Position numbers and translations under genes: made by a program. A stretch of DNA of 64,000 nt, taken from positions 111,850,001-111,914,000 of the forward strand of contig NC_086097.1 in assembly GCF_963921235.1 (NCBI RefSeq). Reading direction: 5' to 3'. Numbering within the stretch: position 1 is the first letter of the stretch; each line of letters begins with the position of its first letter. The DNA comes from Mobula hypostoma. Lineage: Eukaryota. Below the pieces are notes generated by a model. That model saw only the letters and a program-made list of their open reading frames with translations, was not told the origin of the DNA and did no database searches. Positions 27,284-42,019 of this stretch are shown one piece after another.

Positions 27284-27654
27284 TAAATACAAATATCCAA
27301 TATAGCTTAATCAATGTACCTCTCAGTGACTACACAATTGGTAGATTGGGTATTTATATACAGAAGGACAAGAACTGTGGTGAAAAGAAAGAACTCTCAC
27401 ATACTCAGCTGTGATCATCGGACAAGCGCAAACTATTTATAATGCTCCAATTTTGTAAATAAAGTTCCTTGTCATTTGTGCTGAGATCTGTCTTTCATAA
27501 CACTAGGAATATTAGATGTGTGACCAACATTTCCATTAGAAACAACATGTTTTCCAGGCTGCTTTTGCTAAACTTATGAAACTTGGAAATGTTGTATTCC
27601 TGTTTTGTCCTGCTGAGCATCGTGAACATGTTACATTAGCACTGGATTGTGAGG

Positions 27655-27925
27655 CTGCTATGGTAGCATAGCAGTTAGCGTGATGCCATTATAGCTTGAG
27701 GCATTCCAGAGTTCTGAGTTCAATTCCTGTGCTGTCTGTAAGGGGTTTGTATGTTCTCCCCATGAACATACCTCTGGTTTCTTCCCACAGTCCAAAAACG
27801 TATCAGTTAGTAGGTTAATTGGTCATTGTAAATTGTCCTGTGATTAAGCTGAGGTTAAATAGGTGGGTTGCTGGGTTGCTGGGTTGCATAGCCTGTTCCG
27901 CTTTGTATCTCTAAATAAAAAAAAA
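27655..27925 (+). mobile_element. tRNA-derived SINE
   Basis: Same core and tail as 12575-12950. Confidence 0.65.
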
Positions 27926-28939
27926 TTAGATTTTGAACTTGTGTGCTTGCCACAGCATGTTTTAGTTTGTATTGGTTGTTAAAGCAAGCAACACATTTTA
28001 CTGAATGTTTTAATGTAGTGGTAACTAAATAAATCTGACATTTTGAAAGGCCTGCCAGCAGAACAAATTAAAGACATATCTGCAGTATGTTTAGAATCAT
28101 AATAGCATTTGGCTGAATTAACATGCTTTAAGAAGGAAAATGATGCTGACAAGTCTAGTGAAGCTTTCTGTAATTTTAAGTTTCATAGTAAATAAGGATG
28201 AACTACTGGATGTAGAATGGTTGGATTTTTAAGAAAACATTTAAGTTTTCACATACAATTAGGTCTCTTTGGGTTAATATACTCAGCATAAAGGATTGAT
28301 AAAACCACAGAAAACAGAGAATAGGAATAAAGAAGTCACTTTGAACCGGCTGATGACTACTAATGCCAATAGGTTCAGCACTAGTCCCTGAGCTATTCAT
28401 AATTTATGTTAGTGACTAAGGTAAAGGGCGGTGTGGCAAGACGCCCAGGCTGGAGTCAGTGCGTCCCCCCCCCACCCCCCAGCATTCTCTCAGCAGAAGT
28501 GAAGCTGTATTCTGGGTCAACTACAGATTTCTGCAGCATTCATCGCTCAGGTCCGGACTTTTTTTTTGGGTGGCTGTATCTTACTGATATCTTTATGTGC
28601 TTGCTATCTTGTATGTCCTATGTATGTTTTGTGCTGTGCGTGACTGTTGGTAATGTGCTTTGCACCTTGGCCCCAATGTAATGCTGTCTTATTTGGTGAT
28701 ATTCATGGGTATTCAGGAATGGTTGAATGACAATTAAACTTGAATTGAATTGACGTTAACGTTTTGAATTGTTCTTAGTAACTGGCAAATGATTTACAAG
28801 TTGAGTGCACTGTAATTAAAGAAAGCCTAATTGTCAGTGGTCATGTATTAATACAGGTAGCGGAATTCCTAGCAGTATCATGGCCAATATCAAACATTAC
28901 AAAAAATAAAATACTTTTCCTCTCCTGTACGTCCACCAA

Positions 28940-29340
28940 GTCAAGTAAACTCCATTGACAGGCACACATCCGTGGCTACCTCCTGCTCTTGCCAACAGGA
29001 AAGGTGATGTTCTTGTAGATGCATGGAAACTGCACTGCGGCAGACTGAAAGCTTCTGCAACAGGTAGTCAAAATTGGCCATGGTATCACTGGCACAGGCC
29101 GGCCCACCATCGAAGACATGTACACAGCAAGGAGCCGGAAATGGGCCAGTAACATCATAAAGGATCCCACCCACCATGTTCATGGAGAGAGGAGGCTACC
29201 TAGCATCCATGCCTGGACCACCGGACTCAAAAATAGATACTTTCCCCAAGCAATAAGGCTGATAACACTTTCACCAACTAAACAAGCCCTCCAGACCCCC
29301 CCCCCCCACCACTACTTTCTCATTTCCTGTCAGCCAACTT
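28940..29340 (+). mobile_element. Rex1-like LINE 3' fragment
   Basis: ASNIIKDPTH...TTGLKNRYFPQAIRL. Confidence 0.7.
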
Positions 29341-29342
29341 AC

Positions 29343-32080
29343 AGAACATAGAAATGTTCAGTACTTTACAGGCCCTTTGGCCTACAATGTTGTGCCGACT
29401 GCTCCAGAGACTGCCTAGAATTTCCCTGCAGCTTAGCCCTCTATTTTCCCATGCTTCATGTACCTATTTAAGAGTCTGTTAAAAAACCCTATTCTGTCCG
29501 CCTTCATCACCATCACTGGCAGTGTAGTCCATGCATCCACCACTCACTGTGTGAAAACTTACCTCTTCCAAGCACCTTAAAACTATGCCGCCTTGTGATA
29601 GTTATTTCAGCCCTGGGAAAAAGCCTCTGACTATCCACATGGTCAATGCCTCACATTATCTTACACACCTCTATCAGGTCACCTCTCATCCTCCGTCGCT
29701 GCAAGGAGAAAAGGCCGAGTTCACTCAACCTATTCTTATAAGGCATGCTCCCCAATCCAGGCAACATTCTTGTAAATCTCCTCTGCACTCTTTCTATAGT
29801 ATCCACATCCTTCCTGTAGTGAGGTGACCAGAACTGAACACAGTGCTCCAAGTGGGGTCTAACTAAGGTCTTGTATAGTTGTAACGTTACCTCACAGCTC
29901 TTGAACTCAATCCCATGGTTAATGAAGGCCAACACACCATATGACTTCTTAACAACACTGTCAACCTGCTGCAGCAGCTTTGAGTGTCCTATAAACTTGG
30001 ACCCCAAGACCTTTCTGATCCTGCACACTGCCAAGAGTCTTTCCATTGATATTATATTCTGTCTTCAAACTTGTCCTACCGAAATGGGTTGACCTCCATC
30101 TGCCGCTTCTCAGCCCAGTTCTGCATCCTATCAATGTTCTGCTGTAACCTCTGACAGCCATCCAGACTATCACAATACCCCCAACTTTTCTGTAATCAGC
30201 AAACTTACTAACCCATCCTTCTATTTCCTCATCCAGGTCATTTATAAAGATCACAGAGGAGGGGTCCCAGAATAGATCCCTGCGGAACACCCCTAGTTAC
30301 CGTCCTCCATGCAGAATACAAACCATCTACAACCACACTTTGCCTTCTGTGGTCAAGCCAATTCTGGATACACAAAGCAAGGTCTCCTTGGATCCCGTGC
30401 CTCCTTACTTTCTGAATGAGCCTGGCATAGGGAACCTTATCAAATGCCTTACTGAAATCCATATACACTACATCCACTGTTCTACCTTCATCAACGTGTT
30501 TAGTCACATCCTCAAAGGATTCAATCAGGTTTATAAGGCATGAGCTGCCCCTGACAAAGCCATGCTGACTATTCCTAATCAGGTTATGTCTCTCAAAATG
30601 CTCATAAATCCTGCCTCTCAGGATCTTCTCCAACAACTTGCCCACCACTGAATTAAGACTCACTGGTCTATAATTTCCTGGGTTATCTCTACTTCCTTTC
30701 TTGTACAAGGGAACAACATTTGCAACCCTCCAATCCTCTGGTACTTCTCCCGTCCCTATTGATGATTCAAAGATCACCGCCAGAGGCTCAGCAATCTCCG
30801 TCGCTTCCCACAGTAGCTTGGGGTATATCTCTTCCAGACCTGACTATTTATCTAACTTAATGCTTTCCAAAAGTTCCATCACATCCTCTTTCCTAATATC
30901 TATATGCTCAAGCATTTCAGTCTGTTGTAAGTCATCCCCGCAATTGCCAAGATCCTTTTCCCTGGTGAATACTGAAGCAAAGTACTCATTAAGTACCTCA
31001 GCTGCCTTCTCTGACTCCATGCACATTTCCACTATCGCACCTGATTGTTCCTATTCTCACACGGTTCATCCTCTTGCTCTTCACATACTTGTAGAATGCC
31101 TTGGGGCTTTCCTTAATCCTGCTCACCAAGGCCTTTTCATGGCCCCTTCTAGCTCTTCTAATTTCATTCTTAAGCTCCTTCCTGGCAACTTCGTAATTTT
31201 CTAAAGTTCTAACGGTGCCTAGTTTCTTGAACCTTTCGTGAACTTTTCTTTCTTCTTAACTAGATTTTCAACATCCTTTGTACACCATGATTCTTTTAGC
31301 CTACTATCCTTTTCCTGCCTCATTGGAACATACCTGTGCAGAACGCCATGCAAACATTCCCTGAACACTTGCCACATTCCTGCTGTGCATTGCTCTGAGA
31401 ACACCTGCTCACAATTTATGCTCCCAAGTTTCTGTGTAATAGCAGCTTATTTCTCCCTACCCCAATTAAATGCTTTCCCAATTTGTCTGCTCCTATTCCT
31501 CTCCAGCACTATGGTAAAGGAGACAGAGTTGTGATCACTACCTCCAGAATGCTCTTCCACTGAGAGTTCTGACACTTGACCGAATTAATTTCCCAGTATC
31601 AGATCAAGTATGGCCTCTCCTCTGGTTGGCTTATCTATATATTTTGTCAGGAAACCTTCCTGAACACACCTAACAAACTCCACCCCTTGCTCCAAAAATG
31701 AGGAAAGTGGGAAAGTTAAAACCACCCATCACAACACACAACAACCCTATTGTTATTGCACCATTCCAGAATCTGCCTCCCTATCTGCTCCTTGATGTCT
31801 CTGCTACTACTGGGGGGGTGGTCTATAAAAACCACCCTGACTCATCCAAGTCTGTGTAATAACCACAATGTCATAGTTCCATGTATTGATCTATGCTGTA
31901 AGTTCATCTGCCTTGTTTATGATACTCTTTGCATTAAAATAGACGCATCTCAAACCACCTGGCTGAGTACATCTTTGCTGTATCATCTGCCTATCCTTCC
32001 TCATAAACTCCCTACAAGCTGTCTCTACTTGCTTACCCCCTGCAAATCTAGTTTAAACCCTCCCCAACTGCATTAGCAAA
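29343..32080 (-). mobile_element. CR1 LINE, frameshifted ORF2
   Basis: NYRPVSL, YMDFSKAFDKV and KFAD motifs in ORFs 30238-30777 and 29651-30290; EN remnants upstream. Confidence 0.9.
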
Positions 32081-32326
32081 CCAAACCAAATGGAATAGGG
32101 ATATCAGGTATTAATACATAAAAGAACCAACCCCGGTCTTCAAAAAGAACCTGTCGAAATGTAAGGTGCGGGCAGTAATGACTTCTGAAATTAAAAAGTA
32201 CCTACATTGCACAAGCTGCTAAAGATAGGGTTTGTAAAGTGACGTGGCCATGAGATATTCTTATCTGCATCAGCCAAACATAAGATAATGATCTATATCA
32301 AATAAGGCACCTATAGCTAAGCTATT

Positions 32327-34385
32327 AGTCATAGAAGTCATAGAAAGGTACAGCACAGAAAGAGGGCCCACGGACTATCTAGTCCATGACGAAACCTTTT
32401 AAACTGCCTACTCATATCGACCTGCACCAGGACCATAGCCCTCCATACCCCTACCATCTAGGTACCTATCCAAACTTTGCTTAAACATTGAAATCGAGCT
32501 TGTATGCACCACTTGTGTTGGCAGCTCATTCCACACTCTCATGACCCTCTGAGTGAAGAAGTTTCCTCTCATGTTCTCCTTAAACTTTGCTCCTCTCACC
32601 CTTGACCTCTTGTTGTTGTCTCGCCCAACCTCAGTGGAAAAAGCCTGCTTGCATTCACCCTATCTATACCCCTCATAATTTTGTATACCTCTATCAATCA
32701 AATCTCCTCTCAGTCTTTTACATTCTAAGGAACAAAGTCCTAACCTATTCAATCTTCCCTTGTAACTCAGGTCCTCCAGACCCGGCAACATCCTTGTAAA
32801 TTTTCTCTGTACTTTCAACCTCATATACATCTTTCCTGTAGTTAGGTGACCAAAACTGCACACAATATTCCATATTAGGCCTCACCAACATCTTATACAA
32901 CTTCAACATAACATTCTATCTCCGGTACTCAATACTTTGATTTCTGAAGTCCAACATGTCAAAGCTTTCCTTATGACCCTATCTACCAGTGACACCACTT
33001 TCAATGAATTATGGACCTGTGTTCCCAGATCCCTTTGTTCCACTACACTCCTCAGTGCCCTACTGTTCACTGTGTAAGATCTACCTTGGTTGGTCCAACC
33101 GATGTGCAACACCTCACACTTGTCTGCATTAAATTCCATCTGCCATTTTTCAGCACATATTTCCTGCTGATCCAGATCCCTCTGAAAGCCATGATAGCCT
33201 TCCTCACGTTCCACTACACCATCAATCTTGGTGTCATCTGCAAATTTGTTGATCTATTTAACCACATTATCATCCAGATCGTTGATATAGATGACAAACA
33301 ACAGCTGATTCAGCACCGATCCCTGTGGCACTCCACTAGTCACAGGCCTCCTGTCAGAGAGGCAACGCTCTACTACAAATCTCTGGCTTCTCCTACAAAG
33401 CCAATGTCTAATCCAATTTACTACCTCATCTTGACTGCTAAGCAACTGAACCTTCTTCAACAAACTCCCATGAGTGACCTCATCAAATGCCTTACTGAAG
33501 TCCATGTAGATAACATCCACTGCCTTGCCTTCATCAGCTTCCTGGTAGTTTCCTTGAAAAACGGTATAAGATTGGTTAGACATGACGTACCATGTATGAA
33601 GCCATGCTGACTATCCTTCATCAGTCCAATACACCTTTTTTTTGCTTAACTTCAGCCTCAGTATCTTTTGAACACAAAGGTTCTGTACACCTGTTATATT
33701 TACCTTTTATTCTGACAGGCACACGCAAGCTTTGTACTCTCAAAATTTCTCTTTTGAAGGCCTCCCACTTACCAAGTACACCTTTGCCAGAAAACAGCCT
33801 GTCCCAATCCACACTTGCCAGAGCATTTCCGATACCATCAAAACTGGCCCTTCTCCAACTGAGAATTTCAACTGCGGACCAGCCCTATATTTTTCCATAT
33901 TTACTTTGAAACTAATGGCATTGTGATCACTAGATGCAAAATGTTCTCCGACACAAATTCATGTCACCTGCCCTGTCTCATTCCCTAATAGCAGATCAAG
34001 TATTGCACACTCTCTTGTTGGGATTTTTACGTACTGATTAAGGAAACTTTCCTGAACACATATCACAAATCCTATCCCCTATTTCTTACAGTACGGCAGT
34101 TCCAGTCAATATGTGAAAAGTTAAAATTGCCTACTATAACACCATTATGTATCTTGCAACAGTCTGCGATGTCTCTCCAAATTTGTTCCTTTAAATCCCC
34201 CGGATTGTTGTGTGGTCTGTAATATTGCCCTATTAACGTGGTCATACATTTCTTATTTCTCAGTACCACCTATAAGGCCTCATTAGATGAGTTCTCTGGT
34301 CTGTCCTGATGGAGCACTGCTGTGACATTTTCCCCGACTAACAACTTCACCCCTCCTCCTTTAAACCATCCCACTCTATCACACC
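32327..34385 (-). mobile_element. CR1 LINE, deleted/degenerate
   Basis: YMDFSKAFD, SGVPQGSVL, WQMEFN and GQYYRP motifs. Confidence 0.85.
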
Positions 34386-34799
34386 CTTTTTTCTGAGATC
34401 ATGGAAGATTGTCAGACCAGACAAAATTTTGTCACTTAGCTTATCAAACATGATCATAAGCACATTTGTTCCATCAATAATTGCAATATCTGTGTACACA
34501 GAGTCAACACTCACAACACTAATATTGGGTAGGTGGTTCTTAAAAGCTTTTTGACCGTACCTGGGAATGAATTTGTCCAAATCAAGGTGTCTGAACTTTC
34601 AGAGGTATATATCAGTTTCAGTGTGCTCCCACTGTAAAAATGTACTTCAATTGAACCATTTGTTAGACACAAAAAATGATGTCATTGTAGTTTTGAAATT
34701 GCAATCAAGCACTGACTGTTAGCATTGTTTTTAACAGTATCAAAAACTTGATAGATTTTGCATTTGAGGCACACTACCAAGAGAGACTCTAAGAGTATG

Positions 34800-37020
34800 T
34801 AACTACAAAGGACTAAAGAAGGACAGGAACAGATAAGCTAGGGAAGCGTTTAATTGGAGTAAGGGGAAACATGAATCTATCAGACAGGAACTTGGAAGCA
34901 TAAATTGGGAACAGATGTTCTCAGGGAAATGTACAGAAGAAATGTGGCAAATGTTCAGGAGATAATTGTGTGGAGTTCTGCATAGGTATGTTCCAATGAG
35001 ACAGGGAAAGAATGGTAAGATACAGGAACCATGGTGGTACAAAGGCTGTTGTAAATCTAGTCAAGAAGAAAAGAAGAGCTTACAAAAGGTTAAAAAAAAC
35101 TAGGTAATGATAGTGATCTAGAAATTATAAGCTCCTTTCTGCTAGCCTTAAGAAAGAAATTAGGAGAGCCAGAAGGGCCCATGAGAAGGCCTTGGCGGAC
35201 AGGGTTAAGGAAAACCCCAAGGCATTCTACAATATGTGAAGAATAAAAGGATAAGAAGTGAGAGAATAGGATCAATCAAGTGTGACAGTGGAAAAGTGTG
35301 TATGGAACCAGAGGAGACAGCAGAGGTACTTAATGAGTACTTTGCTTCAGTATTCACTTCAAAAAGGGTCTTGGCCATTGTAGGGATGACGCAGTGGACT
35401 GAAAAGCTTGAGCATGTAGATATTAAGAAAGTGGATGTGCTGGAGCTTTTGGAAAGCATCAAGTTGGATAAGTCACCAGGACCGGATGAGGTGCACCCCA
35501 GACTACTGTGGTAGGCGAGAGAGCAGATTGCTGAGCTTCTGACGATGATCTTTGCATCATCAGTGGGGATGGGAGAGGTTCTGGTGGATTGGAAGGTTGT
35601 GGATGTTGTTCCATTATTCAAGAAAGGGAGTAGAGATAGCACAGGAAATTATAGGCCAGTGAGTCTTACTTCAGTGGTTGGTAAGTTGATGGAGAAGATC
35701 CTGAGAGGCAGGATGTATGATCATTTGAAACAGCATAAAATGATTAAGAATAGTCAGCATGGCTTTGTTAAAGGCAGGTCGTGCCTTACGAGCCTGATTG
35801 AATTTTTTGAGGATGTGACTAAACACATTGATGAAGATAGAGCAGTAGGTGTAGTGTATATGGATTTTAGCAAGGCATTTGAAAAGGCATCCCATGCAAA
35901 GCTTATTGAGAAAGTAAGGAGGCATGGGATCCAAGGGGGCATTGCTTTGTGGATCCAGAACTGGCTTGCCCACAGAATGCAAAGAGTGGTTGTAGACGGG
36001 TCATATTCTGTATGGAGGCCGGTGACTAGTGGTGTGCCTCAGGGATCTGTTCTGGGACCCCTACTCTTCGTGATTTTTATAAATGAGCTGGATGAGGAAG
36101 TGGAGGGATGGGTTAGTAAATTTGCTGATGACACAAAGGTTGGGGGTGTTGTGGATAGTGTGGAGGGCTGTCAGAGGTTACAGTGGGACATTGATACGAT
36201 GCAAAACTGGATTGAGAAGTGGCAGATGGAGTTCAACCCAGATAAGTGTGAGGTGGTTCATTTTGGTAGGTCAAATATGATGGCAGAATATAGTATTAAT
36301 GGTCAGATTCTTGTGGAGGATCAGAGGGATCTTGGGGTCTGAGTCCATAGGACACTCAAAGCTGCTGCGCAGGTTGACTCTGTGGTTAAGAAGGCATACG
36401 GTGCATTCGTCTTCATCAGTTGTGGGATTGAGTTTAGGAGCCGAGAGGTAATGTTGCAGCTCTATAGGACCCTGGTCAGACCCCACTTGGAGTACTGTGC
36501 TCAGTTCTGGTCGCCTCACTATAGGAAGGACATGGAAACCATAGAAAGGGTGCAGAGGAGATTTACAAGGACGTTGCCTGGATTGGGGAGCATGCCTTAT
36601 GAGAATAGGTTGAGTGAACTTGGCTTTTTTTCCTTGGAGCGACGGAGGATGAGTGGTGACCTGATAAAGGTGTATAAGATGATGACAGGCATTGATCATG
36701 TGGATAGTCAGAGGCTTTTTCCCAGGGCTGAAATGGCTAGAACTAGAGGGCACAGTTTTAAGGTGCTTGGAAATAGGTACAGAGGAGATGTCAGGGGTAT
36801 GTTTTTTACTCGGAGAATACTGAGTGCGTGGAATGGGCTGCTGGCGATGGTGGTGGAGGCGGATACGATAGGGTGTTTTAAGAGACTCCTGGGCAGGTAC
36901 ATGGAGCTCAGAAAAATAGAGGGCTATGGGTAACCCTAGGTAATTTCTAAGGTAAGTACATGTTCGGCGCAGCTTTGTGGGCCAAAGGGCCTGTATTGTG
37001 CTGCAGGTTTTCTATGTTTT
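34800..37020 (+). mobile_element. CR1 LINE, 5'-truncated
   Basis: ORFs 35236-36933 cover the RT and C-terminal domain; 3' tail gttttctatgtttt. Confidence 0.92.
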
Positions 37021-38558
37021 ATTGTGTCTAGGAGTATCTATAAATTTGTTGATGACACAACTATTTTTGGCAGAATTTCAGAAGGTGATAAGAAGGCGTA
37101 CAGGAGTGAGATAGATCTGCTAGTTAAGTGGTGTCACAACAAACAACCTTACATTCAACGTCAGTTGATGTGTTCTTTACATTCATACGTACCGTAGGTT
37201 ACTAATAAAGAACCATGTTCTGGAAGAAATAGAACGTTTATTTAACAACAACTACAACGTTTTTACAATGCCATGTTTCTCAACCTTTCTATCATCCCTG
37301 TGCATACTGAGAACTCTCTCCAATCACGTTCTTACACGTCATATCACCACATCTTCCTTTCCTTAAAAAAAAACAATTAGCAAGATTAACCAGAGCAAAT
37401 GCATAATTTTACATGTTTCTATCAGTCTCTCTGGGGGTTTATGAACACGAGTAGATCTTCTAAGTGGTTCACACAGTTCTTGTGTTTCGTTGTTATTTCC
37501 ATGTTTTGTCTGGTCTGTATCAGTTAACTGAAACTCTGAAGTTAGCTCTTTCTCAAGGTCTTTGCAATTTCTTCTTAACACTGATCCTGTTTGGACCATG
37601 TATGATCTAGGTTGTACTTCAAGTATTGTAGCTTTCTGTGTCCATGTGTTCATTTTGTCTTGTATCCTTACTTCATCTTCTTGGTGCAGTTCAGGTAATG
37701 GACAAGAACATCTGTCAAAGTATGTTTTCTGCTTTGCTTTGTGTTCATCTTTCCAACTTTTTGCTTGCTCACCTCCCTCTGTTCTCAGAAGGCTCTCATC
37801 TATTGACAGATTGGATCTCAAACGACGCACCATCAAGAGCTGAGCAGGTGGAAATCCACATTCAAGTGGAGTATTGTGATAGGCTAACAAAGCTTTATAA
37901 AAATCACCTCCACTATCTTTTGCTTTGTGCATTAGTTTCTTGATAATTCCTACCGACTTCTCAACTAATCCATTGGACTGAGGGAAAAATGGACTAGAGG
38001 TTGTATAACAAAGCCCCATTCATGAGCAAAATGTCTCATGCATTCACCATTGAATTGTGGACCATGGTCTGTGAAAACTTCATCAGGTACACCATGTCTG
38101 GAAGAAACTGATTTCATGCATGTAATTACACTCTCTGCAGTTGTTCTGCTCAGACCACACACTTCAGGATACAATGAGTAGCAATCTGTTATTAATAGAT
38201 AATCTTTGTTGTCAGTTACAAAAAGATCAATGCCTACCTTCTGATAAGGTCTCTGAGGACTAGGATGTGGATGCAGTGGCTCCTTAGGGTTGCTAGGTTG
38301 GTATTTAAAGCATATTTGACAGGAAGACACCAGCTCTGCAATTTCTTGATTCATCCTGGGCCAAAACATCACTTCCCGCGCCCTTCTCTTACATTTTTCA
38401 ATACCTAGGTGGCCTTCATGAATTTTCCCAAGCATTTCTTTTCGGAGACTTTTAGGAATCACAATTCTACTACCTTTGTACAATATTCCATCCACAACAG
38501 ACAGTTCTGATCTGTGGTTCCAATATTCTTGTACTTCTGAGGTACAGTCATGCTTATT

Positions 38559-39031
38559 ATAGAAACATAGAAACATAGAAAATAGGTGCAGGAGTAGGCC
38601 ATTCAGCCCTTCGAGCCTGCACCGCCATTTATTATGATCATGGCTGATCATCCAACTCAGAACCCCGCCCCAGCCTTCCCTCCATACCCCCTGACCCCTG
38701 TAGCCACAAGGGCCATATCTAACTCCCTCTTAAACATAGCCAATGAACTGGCCTCAACAGTTTGCTGTGGCAGAGAATTCCACAGATTCACCACTCTCTG
38801 TGTGAAGAAGTTTTTCCTAATCTCGGTCCTAAAAGGCTTCCCCTCTATCCTCAAACTGTGACCCCTTGTTCTGGACTTCCCCAACATCGGGAACAATCTT
38901 TCTGCATCTAGCCTGTCCAATCCCTTTAGGATCTTATACGTTTCAATCAGATCCCCCCTCAATCTTCTAAATTCCAACGAGTACAAGCCCAGTTCATCCA
39001 GTCTTTCTTCATATGAAAGTCCTGCCATCCC
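38559..39031 (-). mobile_element. Young CR1 3' end inserted in Gypsy pol
   Basis: Near-identical to 14545-15012; (CTATGTTT)n tail. Confidence 0.92.
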
Positions 39032-39349
39032 ATCCATCCATCACCACTTATATTACCTGACTGAGAATTTTGTCCTTCTCTGTCTCAAGACGCAGCAGTT
39101 CCAACTTTTCGGGAGCAACAGGTACAATCTTTATGATCATATCAACAAATGCCTGAACATCAACAGCATCCCTGTGAATGTCTTTTGTTGTCAGATCCAC
39201 AGCTCTGGAAAGTGTGTCAGCTGTGTACATGAATTTTTCAGGTATGTATGACTCATTCAATGCATATCTTTGCAATATGATCATCATTCGCTGAATTTGC
39301 AAAGGACAGTCACTTAAAGGTTTGTGAAACAATGCAGTCAGAGGCTTAT

Positions 39350-39511
39350 CACACATCAAAGTTGCTGGTGAACGCAGCAGGCCAGGCAGCATCTCTAGGA
39401 AGAGGTACAGTTGACGTTTTGGGCCGAGACCCTTCATCAGGAGCAGCAACTTTGATGTGTGTTGCTTGAATTTCCAGCATCTGCAGAATTCCTCGTGTTT
39501 ATGTTTTAAAA
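39350..39511. mobile_element. Penelope-like-derived repeat with internal inversion, inside Gypsy RNase H
   Basis: TSD TCAGAGGCTTAT (39338-39349, 39512-39523); minus-orientation hammerhead part followed by a plus-orientation tail. Confidence 0.8.
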
Positions 39512-40552
39512 TCAGAGGCTTATGATCAGTTTCAGCATCAATAGATTGCCCTGCCACAAACTGATGAAATCTCTGGTAAGCAAACATAATGCTGAGCAAT
39601 TTTTTTTCAATTTGGGCATACCTCGTTTCTGGATCAGATAATGAATGAGATGCATATGCCACTGGGAGCCACTCCTGATCATGTTTCTGGAGTAATACTG
39701 CCCCTAAGTCTGCTTGAGATGCATCACATGAGATTTTGATGGGTCTCTCAGCACCATAGAATTTCAACACAGGTTCTTTTGTGAGCATATAATTGCTTGT
39801 GGACTTCAGGAAGGGGAATTCGAGTGAACACACACCAGTCATCATCGACGGATCAGCAGTGGAAAGGGTGAGCAGTTTCATCACTGTCTGGTTTGAAGGG
39901 GCAACTGCACAGGATTGAAAAAAGCCGCAAAAATTTGTGAACACAGCGAGCTCCATCATGGGCACTAGCCTCCCCAGCATTGAGGACACCTTTCAAGGGC
40001 AATGCCTCAATAAGGCAGCATCCATCATCAAGGACTCCTATCACCCAAAACATGTCCCTTTTCATTGCTACAATCAGGGAGGAGGTACAGGAGCCTGACG
40101 AGACACACTCATGTTTTCGGAAGAAGTTCTTCCCCTCCACCATCAGATTTCTGAATGGACAATGCACTAACCCGTGAATATTATCTCAATATATTTTTTT
40201 CTTTTTCTTTGCTCACTTTTTGCATTTCTTATTTAATTCAAAATTTTAAAATATATTTTTATTGTAATCTATATTTATTGTGTACAGAAATGTACTGCTT
40301 CCCAAAACAACAAATTTCACAACATATAACCAGTGATATTAAATCTGATTCTGATTATGTCTGCTTGTTGTGATAAATGAAGTCTTTCATATCCACCAGT
40401 TTCTCCACTGACTTAGTCGCACAATGGTGTCAATTAAATCCAGGGTGAATCTTGATTCACCTGTTCTAGTTATTAGTAATCAATTCCTGATTCCATTTTG
40501 TCTTGCACAGCCTAATCAGTTGGTAAGTAGAAAAAGATTTCTGGGTTTCTTG

Positions 40553-41267
40553 TGTCACGTACCCCATGACGGGTAAAGAACCAGCAGAGATGGTAAACAC
40601 TTTGGAGTCCGGTATTGCTACTAACTAATGACATTTATTAGTAACTATGCAATATAGTAATATAAATGCAGATAAATCAAACAGGTTAGCAATGATTATA
40701 TATATATAGTGATGGAGAGAGAGAGAGGGAGAGATTTGAGTCTTCGGGTGAGCTGTCACCATCGATCTTCCCGTTGTCCTCCGAGTTCCTTTAGAAGTCA
40801 CCGACTGTGACCACAACAAAGGGGACCGTTCTTCTTTGGTGGAGCTATCAACCCAGGTGAGGGTTGGACACACAAATAACTCCCCACCGGTCACGCCCCT
40901 TTCACACTGCGATAGCCACTGATCGATCCGCCTAATTGATCCTCCAAAACCCACTTTTTCTGTGGGCACAACAAAGTTCATTCAGTGTCCAAAATCATGT
41001 GTGTGAGGTCTATCATCTGACCTGCTATTTATCTCACCATACTGAGTACCAACTGTCTCTCAAATAACTCCTCCCTTCTCTGTCTGTGTAAGAATGTACA
41101 AGCAGGCAATGTCCTTGGGAAATGTAAACATACTATGAGCAGTCTTCATCCCTCTCTCTCTTAAAAACAAAATGTCTGTGTTAAATCTCTCTCTCTCTCT
41201 CTTCAAAAGCACAGTTCATAGGGGTAATCGAGCACAGTTCATAGGGGTAATTCAGAACCCCGTCACA
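40553..41267 (-). mobile_element. Solo LTR
   Basis: TGTCAC...GTCACA termini; inverted homologue of 62333-63143. Confidence 0.8.
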
Positions 41268-42019
41268 TTTGTGCTATTGAAAATGATCTGCTTTCCATAC
41301 AACTCTTCCACCTCAATTCAAATCCATCTGGTAATGAAGTTCAGACAATAGTCATTATTATGGTTGTTGATTAACTATAGTTGGTCTACAAGATCAATGC
41401 AAATGTAATATAGCCCAGCTATGCCAGTCCGTATCACGATGCCCATGCCTGCTACTGTCATTATCCCTGAGTTTGTATGGATCACCCAGTGAGCACTTCC
41501 TTCTCAATGTTGTCCAGAACCATCAGCAGCAAGTTCCTGCTGAGGAAACTGCTGGAAAAACCTCACCCCTGTGAGCTCAATGGCTGTACACAGTTTACAC
41601 TTACAGTTCAAAGAGTGCACGGCATTGGCTAACATTAAGGATCAACAGGGAGAGTTAGTTCGAAGTTAAAACTATCCATAGCCACTACCTCCATAAATCA
41701 GAGACAACTGATTAATATAATAACATGTGTTGCATTGCTCTATTTACACCTGCTATAATTCTCTCATTTCATTGAATCATCAGTTTAACACTACCCTTAA
41801 TTAAACTAATGAAATATATACCATATCCAGTCATTAATGAGTACCATGAAACATTTTATTATTATTAGCTTGAAAAACTCCTTAAAAACGCTGGGAGAAT
41901 TTGCGTAAAGTTGACTTTCTGTAAGTTAGGTAATTCCTGAACTAGTCCGAGCCCCTGCAAAAACCTATGCTGCCATCAATCTATCAGACAAGATTTGAGT
42001 TACAGTATCCTAAGCCCAA

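Larger units (their letters stand above)
37166..39790 (-). mobile_element. 3' half of a Gypsy LTR retrotransposon (RNase H, integrase, PPT, 3' LTR)
   Basis: CDAS...PVAYAS...RYAQIE...TDHKPL; HEGHLGIEKC...C..C; TDHGPQF; PQSNGLVE. PPT 37352-37364; LTR about 37166-37351. Confidence 0.88.
37035..40360 (+). mobile_element. Rex1-like LINE split by a Gypsy fragment (pieces 37035-37165 and about 39791-40360)
   Basis: YKFVDDTTIFGRIS...NVS on the left resumes as LLVDFRKG on the right, followed by a Rex1-like 3' end. Confidence 0.75.

Noticed and set aside
39048..39989. 313-aa ORF as a novel gene
   Set aside because: Chimera of antisense Rex1, Gypsy RNase H and a 174-nt in-frame repeat insertion including its TSD; open by chance.
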